DNA from: Arcticibacter sp.
GTDB lineage: Bacteria; Bacteroidota; Bacteroidia; 2-12-FULL-35-15
Length of the DNA: 64,000 nt
Assembly: GCA_021155045.1 (NCBI GenBank)
Contig: JAJNQB010000014.1
Span: forward strand, 85,025-149,024
Direction of reading: 5' to 3'
Position 1 is the first letter of the stretch; every line of letters begins with the position of its first letter. The position numbers and the translations under genes are program-made. This document shows, piece after piece, positions 59,884 to 64,000 of this stretch. The notes beneath the pieces were generated by a model that had not been told where the DNA came from, ran no database searches, and saw nothing but the letters and a program-made list of their open reading frames with translations.

Positions 59884-61683
59884 TTGGAAGCTCCAGAAAA
59901 CATACAGCAACTTTTAAAAACACTTCCTGACAATCCAGGTGTTTATCAATACTATGATGTTGATGGAAAAATTCTTTATGTTGGAAAAGCAAAAAATTTA
60001 AGAAAGAGAGTCGCATCCTATTTTAATAAAGACCAGTACGAAAATGGAAAAACAAAAGTACTTGTTAAAAAAATTGCAGATATTAAATACATTGTGGTTG
60101 ATACTGAAATTGATGCGCTATTGTTAGAAAATAATCTCATTAAAAAATATCAGCCCAGGTATAATGTTATGCTTAAGGATGACAAAACGTATCCTTGGAT
60201 TTGTATTAAAAATGAACGATTCCCCCGCATATTTTCAACAAGAAACATTATAAAAGACGGTTCTCATTATTTTGGACCCTACGCTTCTGTTCGGGTAATG
60301 AATACTGTTTTAGATTTGGTAAAACAATTATACACACTGCGCAATTGCAATTATAATTTAACCGATGAGAGCATTAAAAAAGAAAAATTTAAAGTGTGTC
60401 TAGAATACCATCTAGGTAACTGTAAAGCGCCTTGCGTTGGAAAAGAATCGGAAGAAGATTATAATCAAACGATTTCAAATATTAAAGAAATAGTAAAAGG
60501 GAACATAAATTCAGTAGCGCGCTATTTAAAAAATTTGTTACAAGAGCATATTGAAAAATTAGAATTTGAAAAAGCACAAATCATTAAAGAAAAAATTGAT
60601 TTGTTAGAAAAGTTTCAAAGTAAATCCACCATAGTAAATCCATCAATAAACAATGTTGATGTTTTTTCAATAGTTACAGACGAAAGATATGGATATGTTA
60701 ATTTTTTGAAGGTAGTAAATGGTGCAATTATACAATCGCATACGGTTGAATTAAAAAAGAAATTAGATGAAAGCTCAGAAGAGCTTTTAACACTTTCAAT
60801 AGCAGAGCTTCGAGAGCGATTTGCTAGCAATTCAAAAGAAATAATTGTTCCTTTTGAATTAGAAACAATATTTCCTGAAATTGAATTTATTATTCCTCAA
60901 CGAGGAGATAAAAAACACTTATTAGAACTTTCGCAGCGAAATGCTGAATATTATAGACGCGAAAAAATTAAAAAAGAAAATTTAGTTGATCCGGAGCGCC
61001 ATAGCAATAGAATTTTGGAACAAATGAAAAAAGATTTACGCTTGCTAGAATTACCAAAACATATCGAATGTTTTGATAACTCTAATTTTCAGGGAGACTA
61101 TGCAGTTGCTGCAATGACAGTTTTTAAAAATACAAAACCAAGTAAAAAGGATTACCGTCATTTTAATATTAAAACAGTTGAAGGTCCAGATGATTTTGCA
61201 TCCATGGAAGAAGTTATTTTTAGGCGTTACAAAAGAGCTTTAGAAGAAAAACAAGAATTGCCGCAGTTAATTGTTGTTGATGGCGGAAAAGGACAATTGA
61301 GTTCTGCTTTGGCTAGTCTAGAAAAACTTGGTTTAAGAGGGAAAATAGGAATTATAGGAATTGCTAAAAAGTTGGAAGAAATATATTTTCCTGAAGATTC
61401 TATTCCATTGTATTTGGATAAACGAAGTGAAACATTAAAAATAATTCAACAAATACGAGATGAAGCGCACCGTTTTGGTATTACACATCATCGTAATAAA
61501 AGAGCAAAAGGAACATTTAAAACTGAATTAACGGAGATAAAAGGAATAAGTGATACTACATCTCAAAAACTATTATCACACTTTAAATCAGTTACAAAAA
61601 TTAAACTTGCTTCAGAAAAAGAAATCGAAAAAATTATTGGTAAAACAAAAGCTAAATTAGTTTTTGAATATTTTAATAAATAA
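59884..61683 (+). CDS. uvrC: Excinuclease ABC subunit C
   Basis: GIY-YIG (PGVYQYYD...ILYVGKAKNLRKR), UvrBC and C-terminal HhH domains. A TTG start immediately follows the upstream stop. Confidence 0.9.
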   Translation: MEAPENIQQLLKTLPDNPGVYQYYDVDGKILYVGKAKNLRKRVASYFNKDQYENGKTKVLVKKIADIKYIVVDTEIDALLLENNLIKKYQPRYNVMLKDDKTYPWICIKNERFPRIFSTRNIIKDGSHYFGPYASVRVMNTVLDLVKQLYTLRNCNYNLTDESIKKEKFKVCLEYHLGNCKAPCVGKESEEDYNQTISNIKEIVKGNINSVARYLKNLLQEHIEKLEFEKAQIIKEKIDLLEKFQSKSTIVNPSINNVDVFSIVTDERYGYVNFLKVVNGAIIQSHTVELKKKLDESSEELLTLSIAELRERFASNSKEIIVPFELETIFPEIEFIIPQRGDKKHLLELSQRNAEYYRREKIKKENLVDPERHSNRILEQMKKDLRLLELPKHIECFDNSNFQGDYAVAAMTVFKNTKPSKKDYRHFNIKTVEGPDDFASMEEVIFRRYKRALEEKQELPQLIVVDGGKGQLSSALASLEKLGLRGKIGIIGIAKKLEEIYFPEDSIPLYLDKRSETLKIIQQIRDEAHRFGITHHRNKRAKGTFKTELTEIKGISDTTSQKLLSHFKSVTKIKLASEKEIEKIIGKTKAKLVFEYFNK

Positions 61684-61728
61684 TTGAAATTTAAACTTAT
61701 CAGCTTTTAAAAATGAGTTTAGCTCGTG

Positions 61729-63039
61729 CTAATTTTGTAGCGATTCCGAAAATTTGGTAATGAGTTTAAAAAGATTTTCAAACTCATTTAAAGGAAGTGT
61801 TTCTGCTTTATCGTAAATATCATGGTAAGCTTTTATTCCTCCCATGGTGTAAATAAAAAAGGCTTTTACACCTTTTTCAGAAAAATAATAATGGTCGCTA
61901 TTTGCGGCTTTACCTCTTATTTTTATTTCTTTGATATAATTATTATCGGTGTTTATTTGTTTTAGTTTGTCAAACTCATTTTTAAAAATGCTTCCATTAA
62001 CGACAGTGATGCCTTCTTCGCCAGTACCCATAATATCCATATTTAAAACAAATTTTATTTTGTTTAATGGAACCAAAGGGTTTTCAGTAAAATATTTTGA
62101 GCCAACTAAACCTACTTCTTCCGCTCCGAAAGCAATAAATAAAATAGAGTATTTTGGTTTGTTTTCAGGTTTGGAATAATACTTCGCTAAATTCAAAAGC
62201 ATTGCACATCCACTTGCATTATCGTTTGCTCCCGGAAAATAAATATTTTCTCCCATTTGCCCTAGATGGTCATAATGAGCAGAAAAAACAAAAAATGAAT
62301 CAGGGTAAATTGAGCCTTGTACATAACCGATTACATTTTGAGATTGGTAATTTGGAATAAATTTACTTTCTGCTTGATATGCAACATAACATTTTTTTGT
62401 TTTATCAATTAATTTTCTAGTTGAGTCGTTTACCAATAATTCTATCGTTGGAAAGCTTGATACGTTTTGAGAACAAGTCCATGTAAGTTTATTTTCTTGT
62501 ATTACCCCTATTCCATGTGCTTTATAGGGGTTTGTTTTTATATATTCTAAGGTTTTTAAAATTTCTTTATCAACAATTCCTTTCTTGTCAATAATTATCC
62601 ATTTGTTTTTGAATTTTTGTTTTTGAAAATGTTTGAAATTATTTTCACTACAAATAGTGGTGCTATCACACCAAACTATTTCTAAGTTTTTTAATTTTTT
62701 GATTGGTGGAGAAGTTGCAGAAACAAGATAGTTTTCTGCAGGAAACCAATTTATACTTATATAATCTGTAGATAAATAAGGTGTATTTGGAAACGTATTA
62801 ATATCAAAATTAAAATGCTGATAATAATTATTGTTGAACGTTTTTAATCCAAATTTTTCAAACTCAGTTTTAATATAGTTTGCTGCTATTTTATCACCGC
62901 TGTTTACATAGCCTCTTCCATGCATGCTTTCGGATGCCATAGTATCCACGATTTTGCGGGCATAATTGTAAACTTCGTTTTGAGAAAAAAGTATTTTTGA
63001 ATAAAAGAAAAGACAAAAAATAAAAATGGATTTATTCAT
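61729..63039 (-). CDS. M28-family peptidase (aminopeptidase)
   Basis: Signal peptide. Zn ligand regions HYDHLG, DNASGCAMLLNLAKYY and FGAEEVGLVGS. Confidence 0.8.
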   Translation of the reverse strand: MNKSIFIFCLFFYSKILFSQNEVYNYARKIVDTMASESMHGRGYVNSGDKIAANYIKTEFEKFGLKTFNNNYYQHFNFDINTFPNTPYLSTDYISINWFPAENYLVSATSPPIKKLKNLEIVWCDSTTICSENNFKHFQKQKFKNKWIIIDKKGIVDKEILKTLEYIKTNPYKAHGIGVIQENKLTWTCSQNVSSFPTIELLVNDSTRKLIDKTKKCYVAYQAESKFIPNYQSQNVIGYVQGSIYPDSFFVFSAHYDHLGQMGENIYFPGANDNASGCAMLLNLAKYYSKPENKPKYSILFIAFGAEEVGLVGSKYFTENPLVPLNKIKFVLNMDIMGTGEEGITVVNGSIFKNEFDKLKQINTDNNYIKEIKIRGKAANSDHYYFSEKGVKAFFIYTMGGIKAYHDIYDKAETLPLNEFENLFKLITKFSESLQN

Positions 63040-63063
63040 ACTGTACTTTTCGTTTTTATAAAA

Positions 63064-63690
63064 TTAAGAATATCTACGCTCTATTAAGTTTAGTAATCGT
63101 TTAACAGTTTCGTGTTCTAAATCCCAATTGTAAAGCTTTTGTAAACTATTAAAATACATTGTTGCAGATTCCATGTTTTCTGAAGAATTAAATTGTTGTA
63201 TTGCAATTTCATATTCTTGCATATTGCCTTCAAATAATTCGTTTGCAATTTGAAATTTATCGTTTATCCCAATTGCAGATTTTATATCTGTCAGATTAAT
63301 TTTAGATGGTTGCTTTGCTTCTTCTTTTTTTTCTGTTTCCACCTTAATTTCCACTTTTGGTGATTCTGTGGCTTTTTTTTCTGGTTCACTAAATAAATCA
63401 GTAGGAGTTGCTGTTGTGGCATCTATCGATTGTGAATCTTCTTTTTTAGAAATTTTGACCATTATTTTTTCTTCAATAGTGGTACTAGGAATTTCTTTTT
63501 GAATTTTTTCTTCGGGAACAGAATTTAGGTAATTGAAAACAATTGATTTTTCGTACAACGATTTAATTTTACTTAATATTAATTCTAACTCCAATTGAGG
63601 AATATGCTTATTGTCCCCTATCTCGTCAGAATGGTTTTTGATGCTATCTATCAGTGTTGCAATTTCTTTTCTAATCTTGTTTTTGTCCAT
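63064..63690 (-). CDS. Hypothetical protein
   Basis: Open reading frame only; K/E-rich central region. Confidence 0.45.
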   Translation of the reverse strand: MDKNKIRKEIATLIDSIKNHSDEIGDNKHIPQLELELILSKIKSLYEKSIVFNYLNSVPEEKIQKEIPSTTIEEKIMVKISKKEDSQSIDATTATPTDLFSEPEKKATESPKVEIKVETEKKEEAKQPSKINLTDIKSAIGINDKFQIANELFEGNMQEYEIAIQQFNSSENMESATMYFNSLQKLYNWDLEHETVKRLLNLIERRYS

Positions 63691-63791
63691 ACAAATTTAA
63701 TTTACGGGAATTGACTATAAACAACGCTTTTTTAGTAGATTTGTTGTTCAATAGCAGCTATAAAAATACGTTAATTTTCTTATTAAATAAA

Positions 63792-64000
63792 AAATGTTTT
63801 TAGAAAACACCATACATCCAAATAAGCGGAAAGGCTCCATTGAAGTGATTTGTGGTTCAATGTTTTCTGGCAAAACAGAGGAATTAATCAGGCGAATGAA
63901 ACGTGCCCAGTTTGCTAAACAAAAAGTGGAAATTTTTAAACCTTCTGTTGATACACGTTATGATGAACAAAAAGTAGTTTCTCACGATAGCAATTCAATT
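63792..64000 (+). CDS. tdk: Thymidine kinase, 3'-truncated by the window edge
   Basis: P-loop [19 protein letters not shown], then the TK family N-terminus. Confidence 0.85.

Noticed and set aside
61684-61728. Hairpin-like sequence between uvrC and the M28 peptidase gene as a terminator
   Set aside because: No clean stem of 5 bp or more plus a U-tract could be drawn.

Overview
This is a low-GC (~30%) Bacteroidota (Flavobacteriia-like) chromosomal segment, dense with housekeeping genes. Recognised genes and clusters: a haem operon on the minus strand (hemA, fused hemCD, hemB) and hemL; mgtE; a PpiD-like chaperone; mlaEF; tyrS; the kynurenine-pathway genes kynU and kmo; ksgA; tatC; efp; ligA; prmC; lptB; rbfA with a lolE-like permease; secA; uvrC; tdk (3' partial); and an ECF sigma/anti-sigma pair at the 5' edge. 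Type IX secretion (T9SS) cargo genes are common: five type-A CTD proteins plus one SprB-repeat adhesin with a type-B CTD, paired with a PorP/SprF gene. No rRNA, tRNA or CRISPR array was recognised by eye. Three things are not explained by ordinary annotation. First, three GxxExxY (PD-(D/E)xK nuclease-like) genes each sit in an operon gap and are each bracketed by terminal inverted repeats; one has a perfect 19-bp TIR and another has a ~106-bp tandem duplication at its border. This looks like a small TIR-bounded, MITE-like gene cassette family that has entered the hem and kynurenine loci. Second, an orphan radical-SAM/SPASM maturase-like gene lies among T9SS cargo genes and an MsbA-like exporter. 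Third, two paralogous ~480-aa helical proteins are each divergently transcribed from a T9SS cargo gene. Coordinates of non-CDS elements were read by eye and may be off by a few bases. CDS coordinates come from the ORF track, adjusted by codon counting where an internal start is more plausible.
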